Origin: an uncultured Candidatus Saccharibacteria bacterium
Lineage (GTDB): Bacteria > Patescibacteriota > UBA1384 > XYA2-FULL-43-10 > 1-14-0-10-43-13
Assembly (NCBI GenBank): GCA_964543385.1
Contig: CAZIYE010000001.1
Location: forward strand, 30,001 to 62,000
DNA length: 32,000 nucleotides
Reading direction: 5' to 3'
Made by a program: the position numbers and the translations under genes. The notes below the pieces were generated by a model. The model saw only the letters and a list, made by a program, of their open reading frames with translations. It did not search any database and was not told the origin of the DNA. Positions 31,680 to 32,000 of this stretch are shown here, piece by piece (position 1 is the stretch's first letter; every line of letters starts with the position of its first letter).

Positions 31680-32000
31680 TTAAAGATTTTTTATCATATA
31701 AGTATCTTTTTCTATATATCCAATATTTCTGAAGTATCCCCTGACACCAACTCCAGCAATAACAGCAATTTTATCCAATAAATACTCATTCTTTGTTATC
31801 TTTTCAGCCTCTGATACCAATATTCTGCCAAAACCTTGATGCTGAGCAGCCTGACCACTTTTTTGTCCAATTCTCACTTGCGGACCATAAGTATGAATTT
31901 CACGAATTAGGGCACTATCCTCCAACGCTTTTATGAAGTGTTTTTTCTTTGAATTATATTGAGAGACGATTCTCAACCTAAGCATGCTATATAGTTGAGA
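31680..32000 (-). CDS. elp3: Elp3-family radical-SAM/GNAT tRNA-modification enzyme, C-terminal GNAT part (partial, continues beyond window)
   Basis: LRLRI......ALIREIHTYGPQV.......AQHQGFGRILVSEAEKITKNEY..DKIAVIAGVGVRGYFRNIGY...DTYMIKNL closely follows the Elp3 C-terminal consensus. The frame stays open to base 32000. Confidence 0.85.
   Translation of the reverse strand, partial: SQLYSMLRLRIVSQYNSKKKHFIKALEDSALIREIHTYGPQVRIGQKSGQAAQHQGFGRILVSEAEKITKNEYLLDKIAVIAGVGVRGYFRNIGYIEKDTYMIKNL

Overview
AT-rich bacterial chromosome segment with tightly packed, often overlapping genes and several domain-minimised housekeeping proteins. This fits a reduced-genome lineage such as the Candidate Phyla Radiation/Patescibacteria (inference only). 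The standard genetic code applies: TGA closes rbfA and the upstream adk-like frame. Bases 1-15.9 kb are core genes: the tail of the ribosomal-protein superoperon (adk?-map-infA-rpmJ-rpsM-rpsK-rpsD-rpoA-rplQ, continued directly by rplM-rpsI), rbfA, pheS-pheT-aspS, typA, a pseudouridine synthase and a PBP5-type DD-carboxypeptidase. On the minus strand are rnc, nusB and rpmF. leuS (16283-19207, -) carries an embedded Nudix domain with a perfect Nudix box. tRNA-Ala(GGC) (19314-19390) is followed by a 3.5-kb segment holding a single 1050-aa orphan protein (Mrr-like N-terminal signature, long helical body, no P-loop). That segment ends at a degenerate copy of the tRNA 3' end. It is my best candidate for an undescribed, defence-like cargo module. 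Next comes a minus-strand operon: a 1463-aa secreted NHL-propeller/LamG/FN3 giant protein, a MacB-type ABC ATPase with FtsX permease, and a CYTH protein with a degenerate catalytic motif. Bases 29.9-31.7 kb are a junkyard. It holds a chimeric ice-binding-like/sortase fragment, a collapsed RibD_C-like gene, and a GC-rich micro-island with back-to-back near-consensus promoters and three small ORFs. A bacterial Elp3 homologue then runs off the window. No CRISPR array, rRNA, transposase or integrase was seen. All domain calls come from motif reading by eye and need HMM or structure confirmation.
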